NCBI GenBank assembly: GCA_018649725.1
Contig: JABIHH010000046.1
Coordinates: 24,508-88,507 of the forward strand
Source of the DNA: Rhodospirillaceae bacterium
Lineage (GTDB): Bacteria > Pseudomonadota > Alphaproteobacteria > Rhodospirillales > UBA2165
DNA length: 64,000 nt
Direction of reading: 5' to 3'
Part shown: positions 47,516 to 58,686 of the stretch, in pieces
Numbering within the stretch: position 1 is the first letter of the stretch
Layout: each line of letters opens with the position of its first letter
Notes under the pieces: generated by a model
What the model was told of the DNA's origin: nothing
Database searches by the model: none
Seen by the model: only the letters and a program-made list of their open reading frames with translations
Program-made: the position numbers and the translations under genes

Positions 47516-48478
47516 TTAATTGCGCGCGCGGGGATGCGAATCACGGTAGACCTCGATGAGGCGGGCTTGATCGACTTCGGTGTAGCGTTGGGTCGTCGAG
47601 AGCGATTCGTGGCCGAGCAATTCCTGGATTGTTCTAAGATCACCACCACCAGCCAGCAAATGTGTCGCAAAACTATGGCGCAGCGCGTGCGGTGTGGCGG
47701 TAGACGGCAGCCCCAATAGAGCCCGAAGTTTACGCACCTGGCGTTGAATGATGCCGGCATTCAGGCGTTTGCCTTGCGCGCCAACAAAGAGCGGCCCGCT
47801 TTTCTTGAGACGCTTGGGGTAGAGTTTTCGGTAATACGCGATGGCATCCAAGACAATCGGCAGGACCGGTACGACGCGCTGTTTGTTGCCTTTACCCGTA
47901 ATTACCATCGCATCGCCTTCCGGCACATCTTCGACATTTAAATTGAGCGCTTCACTGATGCGGAGGCCACAGCCGTAAAGCAGGGTGAGGACCGCCATAT
48001 CGCGAGCGGCAATCCAGGGCGTGTCATGCAGATCACCAATGACGGAGAGCGCTTCCCGGGCTTCAATTTCAGATAACGGCTTGGGGATCGAACGCGGCAG
48101 CTTTGGTGTTTTGACAGCTTTGATCGCAGCGTTATGGGCAAGCTCCCGGCGGTCCAGAAATTTAAAGAAGTTCCTGAGCGTGGAAACGGCCCGGGCGGTT
48201 GATGATCGCGATAGACCGTCATTGTGACGTTTGGCGAGATAGCCTCTGAAATCGATTGTCGTAAGATTTTCAAGATCGCTGAGCCCTGGCGGAAAACCTA
48301 AATGCGGGCTGAGATATTTGAAAAAGGCGGAAAGGTCACGGGCATAAGCGTCCAATGTATGGTCGGAGCAATTTTTCTCGACAGTCATCCACTTCCACCA
48401 TTCCTCAATCGCCCGCACGACCGCAGGCTCGGCGGCAAAATTAACTAAAATTTTTGGACTTACTTCTCGGCCAGCCAT
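47516..48478 (-). CDS. xerC: Tyrosine recombinase XerC
   Basis: The catalytic residues are in ARDMAVLTLLYGCGLRISE and HALRHSFATHLL...LLGHESLSTTQRYT. The gene sits downstream of and overlapping a DUF484 gene, the usual xerC context. Confidence 0.85.
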   Translation of the reverse strand: MAGREVSPKILVNFAAEPAVVRAIEEWWKWMTVEKNCSDHTLDAYARDLSAFFKYLSPHLGFPPGLSDLENLTTIDFRGYLAKRHNDGLSRSSTARAVSTLRNFFKFLDRRELAHNAAIKAVKTPKLPRSIPKPLSEIEAREALSVIGDLHDTPWIAARDMAVLTLLYGCGLRISEALNLNVEDVPEGDAMVITGKGNKQRVVPVLPIVLDAIAYYRKLYPKRLKKSGPLFVGAQGKRLNAGIIQRQVRKLRALLGLPSTATPHALRHSFATHLLAGGGDLRTIQELLGHESLSTTQRYTEVDQARLIEVYRDSHPRARN

Positions 48479-49170
48479 CGGTGAAGTGTCAGCTCAAGCA
48501 CGCGGGTGATGAATATCAGTAAATCTGTGCCTTGGCCGCCGTGGAAGGCCCCCCGATTGCGGGACCCCAAAGCGAGCAAGCCGTTCGGGATGCCGTAGCC
48601 GGGCTGCAGGCGTCCAAGGGCAGCTGATTTAACAATCCCCGCCGCTTCGCCAAAGACCGCGCCATCATCTTTGGTGTGCTCGATCAATTTAGCAAATTCG
48701 TCAGGGCCGCCTAAGACTTTATCGACCGTACCCGCTCCAAACCAGCGGATGTCAGTATCGCCCAGTTCAGGAAAGCCTTCTTCGCCGGTTTCCAAACAAA
48801 GTGAAGCGGCATCAATATCCAATAATAAGGGCAGATCAAAACACACGACATGAACGAGACGCTCTAGATTATCTGCGCCCAAGATCGCGATCACGGCGGC
48901 ATGGGTTCGGGTTTGGATCATCATATTGGAGCGGGTCGTGGAGATCAGTAAATTGGCGGCATCTTTGAGATTGGTTGATTCGTCGCGCATCCGATCCAGC
49001 ATGGAGGTCTGCATATCGACGACATTGCCTCCATCGCCATCTTCCCATCTGGTAGGGGCCGCCAAGACATCTAACAGATCCGGATTGTCGACCAAAAAGT
49101 CCGGATTTTCGCGCAAATATTCAGTAACCTTCAAGGCGTCAATATTACGCGCTTCAGATTTGCCGCTCAT
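48460..49170 (-). CDS. DUF484-family protein
   Basis: The 236-aa product has the N-terminal VTEYLRENPDFLVDNPDLL motif typical of DUF484 and a GAF-like C-terminus. Confidence 0.7.
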   Translation of the reverse strand: MSGKSEARNIDALKVTEYLRENPDFLVDNPDLLDVLAAPTRWEDGDGGNVVDMQTSMLDRMRDESTNLKDAANLLISTTRSNMMIQTRTHAAVIAILGADNLERLVHVVCFDLPLLLDIDAASLCLETGEEGFPELGDTDIRWFGAGTVDKVLGGPDEFAKLIEHTKDDGAVFGEAAGIVKSAALGRLQPGYGIPNGLLALGSRNRGAFHGGQGTDLLIFITRVLELTLHRWLAEK

Positions 49171-49202
49171 TTTTAATCCCCTCTATTCCCCAATAAAATG
49201 GC

Positions 49203-49859
49203 CTATAAAATAGATTGACCCGTTCCAGCCCAATCCTTCAGGAAGGAGTCTAACCCCTTATCGGTTAACGGATGGTTATAAAGTTGGCGAAGTGCGGATG
49301 GAGGAATAGTGACGACATCCGCGCCCATGCGGGCGGCATCAACAACATGTTTGGGTGAGCGAACCGAGGCAACCAGGACTTCGGTCTCAAAAGCCGGATA
49401 GTTTTCATAAATCTCACAAATATCAGCGATCAGATCCATGCCGTCCTGGCCGATGTCATCGAGCCTGCCGACAAAGGGCGAGATAAAGCTCGCACCCGCT
49501 TTGGCTGCCAAGATCGCCTGCGCAGCTGAAAAACACAGCGTCACATTGACCATCGTGCCTTCATCCGACAACACCTTGCAGGTTTTGAGCCCGTCTACGG
49601 TGAGGGGGACTTTGATGGTGACGTTTTTTGCGATCTCAGCCAGCTTGTGAGCTTCTTTGATCATGGTTGGTGTATCGGTCGCCGCCACTTCGGCACTGAC
49701 CGGACCATCAATGAAAGAGCAAATCTCTTCAATAACATCTGTAAACTGACGGCCTGATTTAGCAACGAGAGAAGGATTGGTGGTAACGCCATCGATCATG
49801 CCGGTTTCAGCAAGCTCACGGATTTCGTCGACATCAGCGGTATCAATAAAAAATTTCAT
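49203..49859 (-). CDS. Fructose-6-phosphate aldolase / short transaldolase (type 3B)
   Basis: [31 protein letters not shown] is present, and the Schiff-base Lys is in TIKVP. Confidence 0.9.
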   Translation of the reverse strand: MKFFIDTADVDEIRELAETGMIDGVTTNPSLVAKSGRQFTDVIEEICSFIDGPVSAEVAATDTPTMIKEAHKLAEIAKNVTIKVPLTVDGLKTCKVLSDEGTMVNVTLCFSAAQAILAAKAGASFISPFVGRLDDIGQDGMDLIADICEIYENYPAFETEVLVASVRSPKHVVDAARMGADVVTIPPSALRQLYNHPLTDKGLDSFLKDWAGTGQSIL

Positions 49860-49908
49860 AGGTTCTCTTTAACTCCTGAGACTTTCGAATATTGTTCTTT
49901 GATGAATT

Positions 49909-52131
49909 GTGGCTAGAGTGTACCGCATGAGTTCAAACAGCACCACCTCACTCGATTTCGGCGATCAGCCAGATTGCGTTAGCGTTCTATTACCGCTGCC
50001 CTTAGGTAAAGCTTATACCTATGCCGTGCCGCCGGCGCTATCCCTTGATGTAGGTGACTTTGTTTCGGTCCCGTTGGGTGTGCGCGAGGTTGCCGGTGTG
50101 GTCTGGGACGGCGAAGTGGATGACGTGCCGCCGGAGAAACTCAAAGCCGTTCTGGCCAGATTAGATGTGCCGCCGATGCCGGAAAAAACCCGGCGATTCG
50201 CAGAATGGGTGGCGAAGTACAATATGGCGTCGCTGGGCTCGGTCTTAAAAATGCTGATGAGTGTACCGGATGCCTTGAAGCCGCCCAAACAAGTGTCGGC
50301 TTATGCGCTGAATAAGGAGATGCCGGAAATTAAAATGACGGCGGCGCGTAATAAAGTTGTCGAGGTGCTGAAAGGCAGCCCGCCGCTACCGGCGACATTG
50401 CTGGCGAAAGAAGCGGGCGTTGGCACCAGTGTCATCAAGGGGCTCGCCAAATTGGATGCTTTGATAGCGGTTGATCTGCCACCTCCGCCGTCTTTTACCG
50501 TGCCGGACTGGCAGGCGCCGGGGCCAACATTGTCAGCAGAGCAGGCCGCGGCTGCTGAAAACATGCGAGCCCACGTCAAAGCGGGAGAGTTTGCCGTCAG
50601 TGTTTTGGAAGGCGTGCCGGGCTCAGGCAAAACGGAGGTCTATCTCGAAGCCGTCTGTGAAGCGCTTGAACAAGGTAAGCAGGCGCTGGTGTTGTTACCT
50701 GAAATTGCACTAGGCGCACAATGGCTGGGACGCTTTGAAGAACGCTTTGGCTGTCGGCCTGCAGAATGGCATTCCGATCTCACCCAAACCAAACGCCGAA
50801 AGACCTGGCGCGCTGTAGCCGAAGGCGAGGCGAAAGTGATCGTCGGTGCTCGCTCAGCACTGTTTCTGCCCTATCAGGATCTTGGCCTGATCATCATTGA
50901 TGAAGAACACGATCAATCCTTCAAGCAGGAAGACGGCGTCATATATAATGCCCGCGATATGGCGGTGGTCCGGGCACAGCTCAGCGATATCCCAATCTCG
51001 CTGGTGTCAGCAACGCCGTCGCTCGAGAGTTTGCGAAATGTCGCGCAAGGCCGTTATGAGCATTTCGATCTGCCCGACCGTCACGCTGGTGCCGAACTGC
51101 CGGACATCTCGATCATCGACATGCGAGTCGACAGGCCTGATCCCGGCAAATGGATTTCACCTAAGCTGATCGGGGCGCTCAAAGAAACGTTTGCGGCGGG
51201 TGAGCAGGCGTTGCTGTTTTTGAACCGGCGCGGCTATGCACCGCTGACGCTCTGCCAGGGCTGTGGTCATCGCTTTCAATGCCCGCAATGTACCGCCTGG
51301 CTGGTTGAGCACCGTTTTTTGGGCCGCCTGCAATGTCATCATTGTGGCTATCAAATGAAACCGCCGGATAAATGCCCATCTTGCGAGCAGGAAGATAAGC
51401 TTTATGCCTGCGGTCCGGGCGTCGAGCGTCTGGCCGAAGAAGTCGTCGAGCTGTTCCCTGATATCCGGGCTGAAATTGCCGTTAGTGACAATCTTCATAC
51501 GCCAGGCCAAGCGCAGGAGTTGGTCCACCAAATTGAGGATCGCAATGTAGATGTTATTGTTGGCACCCAGATCGTCGCCAAGGGTTATCACTTTCCCTAT
51601 TTGACTTTGGTCGGTGTCGTCGATGCCGATGTCGGTTTGACCGGTGGTGATATCAGAGCGCTCGAGCGGACCTATCAATTGCTTTACCAGGTTGCGGGCC
51701 GAGCCGGGCGAGCAGATCGGCCGGGGCGCGTGCTGGTGCAAACTCATGATCCGGAAAATCCCGTCATGCAGGCGCTTAAAAACGGTGACCATAAGGGCTT
51801 TATCGAGACCATGAGCCAGGATCGGGAGCGCAACCACATGCCGCCTTTTGGCCGATTGGCCGGCGTTATTTTATCCGGCGCAGATGAGCGGGCGGTCGAT
51901 CAAGCTGCCGCTCGCTTGGCCCGCACAGCGCCCCGCGATAACGGCGTTATGACCTTGGGACCCGCACCGGCACCACTTGCTTTATTGCGGGGTCGCCATC
52001 GCCGCCGCTTCTTGGTCAAAGCCGGCAAAGAGGTGAATATTCAGGCCCGGATTCGCTCCTGGCTCAAAGCGACCGAACTGCCACGCAAGGTCCGGGTTCA
52101 ATTGGATATCGATCCCTATAGTTTTATGTAG
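49909..52131 (+). CDS. priA: Primosomal replication protein N' (PriA helicase)
   Basis: The Walker A motif is GVPGSGKTEVY and the DEAH-type box is IIIDEEHD. The zinc-binding Cys cluster is CQGCGHRFQCPQCTAWLVEH...CHHCGY...CPSC. Confidence 0.95.
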   Translation: MARVYRMSSNSTTSLDFGDQPDCVSVLLPLPLGKAYTYAVPPALSLDVGDFVSVPLGVREVAGVVWDGEVDDVPPEKLKAVLARLDVPPMPEKTRRFAEWVAKYNMASLGSVLKMLMSVPDALKPPKQVSAYALNKEMPEIKMTAARNKVVEVLKGSPPLPATLLAKEAGVGTSVIKGLAKLDALIAVDLPPPPSFTVPDWQAPGPTLSAEQAAAAENMRAHVKAGEFAVSVLEGVPGSGKTEVYLEAVCEALEQGKQALVLLPEIALGAQWLGRFEERFGCRPAEWHSDLTQTKRRKTWRAVAEGEAKVIVGARSALFLPYQDLGLIIIDEEHDQSFKQEDGVIYNARDMAVVRAQLSDIPISLVSATPSLESLRNVAQGRYEHFDLPDRHAGAELPDISIIDMRVDRPDPGKWISPKLIGALKETFAAGEQALLFLNRRGYAPLTLCQGCGHRFQCPQCTAWLVEHRFLGRLQCHHCGYQMKPPDKCPSCEQEDKLYACGPGVERLAEEVVELFPDIRAEIAVSDNLHTPGQAQELVHQIEDRNVDVIVGTQIVAKGYHFPYLTLVGVVDADVGLTGGDIRALERTYQLLYQVAGRAGRADRPGRVLVQTHDPENPVMQALKNGDHKGFIETMSQDRERNHMPPFGRLAGVILSGADERAVDQAAARLARTAPRDNGVMTLGPAPAPLALLRGRHRRRFLVKAGKEVNIQARIRSWLKATELPRKVRVQLDIDPYSFM

Positions 52132-52406
52132 TTTCGGCAAAACCAAAAAAAGCTATAACCCATTGTAATAAAGCAATAAAAATGAAGTTTCTAAAGGCAG
52201 CTTTTGGCGTCTTGCGGACTCGGAATGAGTATGGTAGACAACGGGCGCTTTCCTGAGAGGCAGCGCCTATTAGTGGCCTATTTGGAAAGTAAAATTTTGT
52301 TTTCTAATTTCTATATTTCTTAACGTGCCCATGGAATTTATTTCGGAAATTTATTTGTGAAATATATTTGGGCAATTTGAGAAATTAAGTCGAGGAATAA
52401 ACTCAG

Positions 52407-52979
52407 GTGTCATCAGAAACGACAAACGTCGCAGTAGGCGTTACCGGGCTCTCCGGGCGATATGCCACGGCCTTGTTTGATTTGGCTGACGGTGCTTCGG
52501 CACTTGAACAGGTCGCCGATGATCTTCGTCAACTTGCGACGATGATTGAGGAAAGCGATGATCTTGCCCGCTTGCTTCGTTCTCCTGTGATTTCCCGCGC
52601 CGATCAATCAGCGGCCATGCTGGCCTTGCTTGAAAAGTCAGAAAGCTCAGAACTAACCCGCAATTTTATTGGCGTCGTCGCATCAAACCGACGCCTTTTT
52701 GCTTTGTCGGATATCATTAAAGATTATTTGATGGTTTTGGCTGGCCGCCGTGGAGAAATGACGGCGGAAGTAACTTCAGCCAAAGCGCTAACAGACAGCC
52801 AGCAAGCGGAAATCGTTGCCGCTTTGCAAAGCTCGGTTGGCGGCAAAGTCTTTTTAAATTCGTCGGTCGATCCCGCACTGCTTGGCGGCCTAGTCGTCAA
52901 GATTGGTTCGCGTATGGTCGATTCGTCACTTCAAACTAAACTGCAACATTTAAAACTCGCCATGAGAGGTGTTGGATAA
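52407..52979 (+). CDS. atpH: F1 ATP synthase subunit delta (OSCP)
   Basis: It is first in the atpHAGDC order. The [13 protein letters not shown]-terminal motif is present. Confidence 0.9.
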   Translation: MSSETTNVAVGVTGLSGRYATALFDLADGASALEQVADDLRQLATMIEESDDLARLLRSPVISRADQSAAMLALLEKSESSELTRNFIGVVASNRRLFALSDIIKDYLMVLAGRRGEMTAEVTSAKALTDSQQAEIVAALQSSVGGKVFLNSSVDPALLGGLVVKIGSRMVDSSLQTKLQHLKLAMRGVG

Positions 52980-54511
52980 TGGAAATCCGCGCAGCGGAAA
53001 TATCCGCTATACTTAAAGAACAAATTCAAAATTTTGGGACCGAAGCTGAAGTCGCTGAAGTCGGACAGGTTCTCTCTGTCGGCGATGGTATCGCCCGTAT
53101 TTATGGTCTGGACAAAGTTCAGGCTGGTGAAATGGTCGAATTCCCAGGTGGTATTCGGGGCATGACCCTGAACCTCGAGGAAGACAACGTTGGTGTTGTT
53201 ATCTTCGGTGACGATAGAACCATCAAAGAAGGTGACACGGTCAAGCGGACCGGCGACATCGTGGACGTACCGGTTGGTAAAGGTCTGCTGGGCCGAGTGG
53301 TTGACGCTTTGGGTGAGCCGATTGACGGTAAAGGTCCAATCGATGCTTCCGAACGTGGCCTGATTGAGGTTAAAGCCCCTGGCATTATCCCACGGAAATC
53401 CGTGCATGAGCCGATGCAAACCGGTCTTAAGGCGATTGATAGCTTGATCCCAGTTGGCCGTGGTCAGCGCGAATTGATCATTGGTGACCGTCAAACCGGT
53501 AAAACAGCGATCATTCTCGACACCATCTTGAACCAGAAAAAAGTCAACGAGGCGGCGAAAGACGATTCAGAAAAACTTTTCTGCATTTATGTCGCTGTTG
53601 GTCAGAAGCGCTCATCTGTTGCGCAATTGGTTAAAGTTTTGGAAGAGCATGGCGCGATGGAATATTCCATTGTTGTTGCCGCAACGGCGTCCGAGCCTGC
53701 TCCAATGCAGTTCTTGGCACCTTACACCGGCTGCACCATGGGTGAGTTTTTCCGCGATAACGGCATGCATGCGGTTATCTTTTATGACGATTTGACCAAA
53801 CAAGCGGTCTCTTACCGTCAGATGTCTTTGTTGCTGCGTCGTCCTCCAGGACGTGAAGCTTATCCAGGTGACGTTTTCTATCTTCACTCACGTTTGCTCG
53901 AACGGGCAGCGAAAATGAACGACGCCGAGGGTGCAGGTTCTTTGACGGCTTTGCCGGTTATTGAAACCCAGGCTAATGACGTGTCGGCTTATATTCCGAC
54001 CAACGTTATTTCGATCACCGATGGTCAGATTTTCCTTGAAACGGATCTCTTCTATAAAGGTATTCGCCCAGCTGTGAACGTTGGTCTGTCGGTTTCCCGT
54101 GTGGGTTCTGCAGCCCAGGTGAAAGCGATGAAGCAGGTTGCCGGCTCAATTAAGTTGGAACTTGCGCAGTACCGTGAAATGGAAGCCTTTGCTCAGTTCG
54201 CGTCTGATTTGGACGCCTCGACCCAGCAATTGCTGGCCCGTGGTGCGCGTCTAACCGAAGTTCTGAAACAGGGTCAGTTCTCACCTTACTCAATGGAAGA
54301 GCAAGTTGTCTCTCTTTTCTCTGGTGTGAACGGCTTCTTGGATGGCATCGAAATTCGCGACGTCGTGCGTTTCGAACAAGCTTTGCTTGATGCTGTGCGT
54401 GAAAAAGGTGCCGACATTTTGGCTGCTATTCGCGACGAAGAAGCGATCTCTGAAGAAACTGATGCAAAGCTTAAAACTTTCATCGGTGATTTCGCCAAGT
54501 CGTTTGCTTAA
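52979..54511 (+). CDS. atpA: F1 ATP synthase subunit alpha
   Basis: [10 protein letters not shown] (Walker A) is present, and the product is 510 aa. Confidence 0.98.
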   Translation: MEIRAAEISAILKEQIQNFGTEAEVAEVGQVLSVGDGIARIYGLDKVQAGEMVEFPGGIRGMTLNLEEDNVGVVIFGDDRTIKEGDTVKRTGDIVDVPVGKGLLGRVVDALGEPIDGKGPIDASERGLIEVKAPGIIPRKSVHEPMQTGLKAIDSLIPVGRGQRELIIGDRQTGKTAIILDTILNQKKVNEAAKDDSEKLFCIYVAVGQKRSSVAQLVKVLEEHGAMEYSIVVAATASEPAPMQFLAPYTGCTMGEFFRDNGMHAVIFYDDLTKQAVSYRQMSLLLRRPPGREAYPGDVFYLHSRLLERAAKMNDAEGAGSLTALPVIETQANDVSAYIPTNVISITDGQIFLETDLFYKGIRPAVNVGLSVSRVGSAAQVKAMKQVAGSIKLELAQYREMEAFAQFASDLDASTQQLLARGARLTEVLKQGQFSPYSMEEQVVSLFSGVNGFLDGIEIRDVVRFEQALLDAVREKGADILAAIRDEEAISEETDAKLKTFIGDFAKSFA

Positions 54512-54543
54512 AAGTCGTATAGATAGGGAATTAGCACCAAGCT

Positions 54544-55437
54544 ATGGCCAATCTTAAAGAACTAAAAAACCGTATCTCGAGCGTGAAAAACACGCAGAAG
54601 ATTACCTCTGCCATGAAAATGGTGGCGGCATCGCGGTTGAAGCGTGCGCAGGAAGCTGCCGAAGCGGCCCGGCCTTATGCCGAGCGGATGGAGCGCATGA
54701 TGGGCTCGATCCTTGAAAATGCCGGTGCACTAGAAAGTGCGGGCGCCATGCTCAGCGGCACGGGTTCGGACGCAACGCAATTGATTGTGGTTGTAACCTC
54801 GGACCGTGGTTTGTGCGGTGGCTTCAACTCAAGCATTTCTCGCGCATCGCGCAATCGTATTCGGGCGCTGCAAGCCGATAATAAAGAAACCAAGATTCTC
54901 TGTGTCGGTCGCAAAGGTCGGGACCAGCTTAAAACAGAGTTTGGCGATACGATTGTTGAAACCTATGAAGGTATCGGCAAGTCGGGCGTTAAGTTCGATG
55001 AAGCACTTGGTGTTGCGAACAAGATTGTTGAAATGTTTGAGGCCGGCGAGTTCGATGTCTGCACCATCGTTTACAACAGATTTGTCTCGGCGATTACGCA
55101 AGAAGTGACGGAGTCACAGATCATTCCAGTTCAACTGCCGGAAAGTGACGGCGATGCTGAAGCTCAAGATACAGGGCCAAGCGCCAGTTATGAATTTGAG
55201 CCTTCTGAAGAAGAAATTTTAGCGGAACTATTGCCGGCCAATCTCAATGTCCAGATTTTCCGGGCGCTGTTGGAAAGCAGTGCGTCAGAGCATGGTGCGC
55301 GGATGTCGGCAATGGATAACGCAACTAGAAATGCTGGTGACATGATTGATGATCTGTCGATGATCTATAACCGATCTCGTCAGGCAAAAATTACCAGTGA
55401 ATTGATTGAAATTATATCGGGCGCCGAAGCGCTCTAA
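54544..55437 (+). CDS. atpG: F1 ATP synthase subunit gamma
   Basis: The N-terminus is MANLKELKNRISSVKNTQKITSAMKMVAASRL. Confidence 0.97.
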   Translation: MANLKELKNRISSVKNTQKITSAMKMVAASRLKRAQEAAEAARPYAERMERMMGSILENAGALESAGAMLSGTGSDATQLIVVVTSDRGLCGGFNSSISRASRNRIRALQADNKETKILCVGRKGRDQLKTEFGDTIVETYEGIGKSGVKFDEALGVANKIVEMFEAGEFDVCTIVYNRFVSAITQEVTESQIIPVQLPESDGDAEAQDTGPSASYEFEPSEEEILAELLPANLNVQIFRALLESSASEHGARMSAMDNATRNAGDMIDDLSMIYNRSRQAKITSELIEIISGAEAL

Positions 55438-55445
55438 CTCAATAG

Positions 55446-56882
<1,437 letters not shown>

Positions 56883-56884
56883 AC

Positions 56885-57313
56885 ATGGCTGATACAGCTG
56901 AAAATAAAGTCGCTTTCGAACTCGTCACCCCATCGACCCTCGCTATCTCAGAGGATGTCGATATGGTTGTGGTGCCGGGCGCTGATGGTGACTTTGGTGT
57001 TCTACCAGGCCACGCGCCGATTTTGACGACGGTGCGCCCCGGTGTGATCAACATGTACACCAACGGTGCGATCACCAAGTCTTTGTTTGTTGAAGGTGGT
57101 TTCGCCGAAGCCAACCCAGAGCGCTGCACGGTCTTGGCCGAAGGCGCAACGGATGTTGCCGAGCTGAGCTCAAGCGATGCCGAAGCACGTTTGGCTGCTG
57201 CCCGCGAAGCAGCGGGCTCTGCTGACGAAGATGGCCGAGCGGCTGCCGAGAAAGAACTCCGCATCGCTGAAGAAATGGTCCGCGCTGCTGGCGGGAATAC
57301 TACCCAGCACTAA
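56885..57313 (+). CDS. atpC: F1 ATP synthase subunit epsilon
   Basis: It is the last gene of the operon. The VVPGADGDFGVLPGHAP motif is present. Confidence 0.95.
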   Translation: MADTAENKVAFELVTPSTLAISEDVDMVVVPGADGDFGVLPGHAPILTTVRPGVINMYTNGAITKSLFVEGGFAEANPERCTVLAEGATDVAELSSSDAEARLAAAREAAGSADEDGRAAAEKELRIAEEMVRAAGGNTTQH

Positions 57314-57338
57314 GCTTCCCAAATTGAATTACTAAAAG

Positions 57339-57367
57339 AGGTCGCGGTTTCTCGCGGCCTTTTTTGT
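57339..57367 (+). terminator. Rho-independent terminator of the atp operon
   Basis: The hairpin AGGTCGCG-gtttct-CGCGGCCT is followed by TTTTTTG. Confidence 0.75.
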
Positions 57368-57379
57368 TGCAGGCATTAA

Positions 57380-57474
57380 AGATGGGTACCCGGGTCAAGT
57401 CCGGGTATGACGGGAATACTCGAATACTAATCCCCCCCTGTCGTCATGCGCGGACTTGATCCGCGTATCCATCT
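57380..57474. repeat. Inverted-repeat element of the alphaproteobacterial GGTCAAG(C/T)CCGG...ATGACG type (the kind that yields RVKPGHD-like spurious peptides)
   Basis: The left arm is AGATGGGTACCCGGGTCAAGTCCGGGTATGACG and the right arm is CGTCATGCGCGGACTTGATCCGCGTATCCATCT. They are imperfect reverse complements separated by about 29 bp. Confidence 0.7.
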
Positions 57475-57518
57475 GATACCAATCAAATCCGGGATGACCT
57501 GTAAAGTAGAGGTGGCGT

Positions 57519-58595
57519 TTATTCCGCCGCCGCCATGCGATCTACTTCGGGCGGCAGGCCTAGGCCTTGTTCTTCATACATGCGTTGCAATACGCGGTGC
57601 ACTTCAATGACGAACTTGTCCTGCTTGACCGGGATATCCTGAACTTTGCCAAATAGTTCAAGCGTGTCTTGCTGGGCCTCAACAATCGGAATGTCGTCGC
57701 CTTCGATGATGCCGCATTGCTCCTCATGGACATCTTCATTGTTTGGATAGCCGTCCGGGCCACCGAAATCCCAGGTCCAATCCAGGAAGTAATGACAGGA
57801 GCCGTCGGTTTCCGGTGTCATGATGTGGTCGAGATTGATGGTCTCATTAATAGTGCCATCCATATCCTCAAATTGCAGTTTGAGAATGCACGAGTTTGGC
57901 GCTTCCCACTTGCCGGTCGAAATCCGGTTGATCGGTCCTTCCGAGCCATGCCAGGCAGCGGTGATGCCGGCGAGCAAAGTTTTGTGAACGATGCGAAGGC
58001 TGTGCACGGTATTGCCGTCAACATTGGTCTCAATGGTGACCTTCGGGGCCTCAGATTCCTTGGCGGTTGGGTCGATTTTGGAGGCGATTGAGTTTTTATG
58101 CAGAAAATCGACATGTGACACATCAAGCAGATTATCCGCCATGAGTTGGTGGTTTGCTTTGACGCGCCAATAAAAATATTCAACCCGGCGACCGTCTTCT
58201 TCGGTCCAGGGCAAGTCAGGGATTGTCGATGGATCGGCCTTCTCCTGGTTGCCCCACCATACCCAAATAAAACCCCAGCGTTCCACTGTGGTGAAAGCCT
58301 GAATTTTATTGTTGGCGGATATCGCATCCTGACGCGGAATATGAACGCAGCTGCCTTTGTTGTTATAGATGAAGCCGTGATAGTCGCATTGGAGATCTTC
58401 GCCGATAACATTACCCATCGAAAGAGGTGCCTGGCGGTGCGGGCAACGATCTTCCAAAGCTGCGGGCGTACCGGATTCGCCGCGGTAAAAAACCATCGGC
58501 ATGCCACATATGATGCGGGCCAGTGGTTTATCACTCACTTCGGCCGAATGGGCCGCGCAGTACCAAATATTTTCCAGAACCTGCATTTTTTGCAT
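57519..58595 (-). CDS. Rieske [2Fe-2S] non-haem iron oxygenase, alpha subunit / VanA-like monooxygenase component
   Basis: The Rieske motif is CPHRQAPLSMG...CDYHGF. The mononuclear iron region is DNLLDVSHVDFLH. Confidence 0.85.
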   Translation of the reverse strand: MQKMQVLENIWYCAAHSAEVSDKPLARIICGMPMVFYRGESGTPAALEDRCPHRQAPLSMGNVIGEDLQCDYHGFIYNNKGSCVHIPRQDAISANNKIQAFTTVERWGFIWVWWGNQEKADPSTIPDLPWTEEDGRRVEYFYWRVKANHQLMADNLLDVSHVDFLHKNSIASKIDPTAKESEAPKVTIETNVDGNTVHSLRIVHKTLLAGITAAWHGSEGPINRISTGKWEAPNSCILKLQFEDMDGTINETINLDHIMTPETDGSCHYFLDWTWDFGGPDGYPNNEDVHEEQCGIIEGDDIPIVEAQQDTLELFGKVQDIPVKQDKFVIEVHRVLQRMYEEQGLGLPPEVDRMAAAE

Positions 58596-58686
58596 ATTGC
58601 TCTCCCTTTTTTAATATTTAAGCGGGTTATGAAAATTTTAGCAATGGGCGGAAGGGCAGAGTATGAGATTGTCGAGAGAACGGACT

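Noticed and set aside
47516-48478. Tyrosine recombinase as the integrase of a mobile element
   Set aside because: It overlaps an upstream DUF484 gene and has XerC-type motifs. This is the standard chromosomal dimer-resolution context, and no att-like repeats or cargo lie nearby.
51157-51837. 226-aa minus-strand ORF. The same reasoning applies to 52931..53494, 57818..58534, 36682..37401, 11309..11953, 10664..11194, 14495..15079 and 61240..61881.
   Set aside because: All lie antisense to, or out of frame within, genes with clear family signatures (priA, atpA, the Rieske oxygenase, the FAD protein/hisN region, the MoxR-operon genes, the Mo oxidoreductase). Their Arg/Ser/Pro-rich composition is typical of shadow frames.
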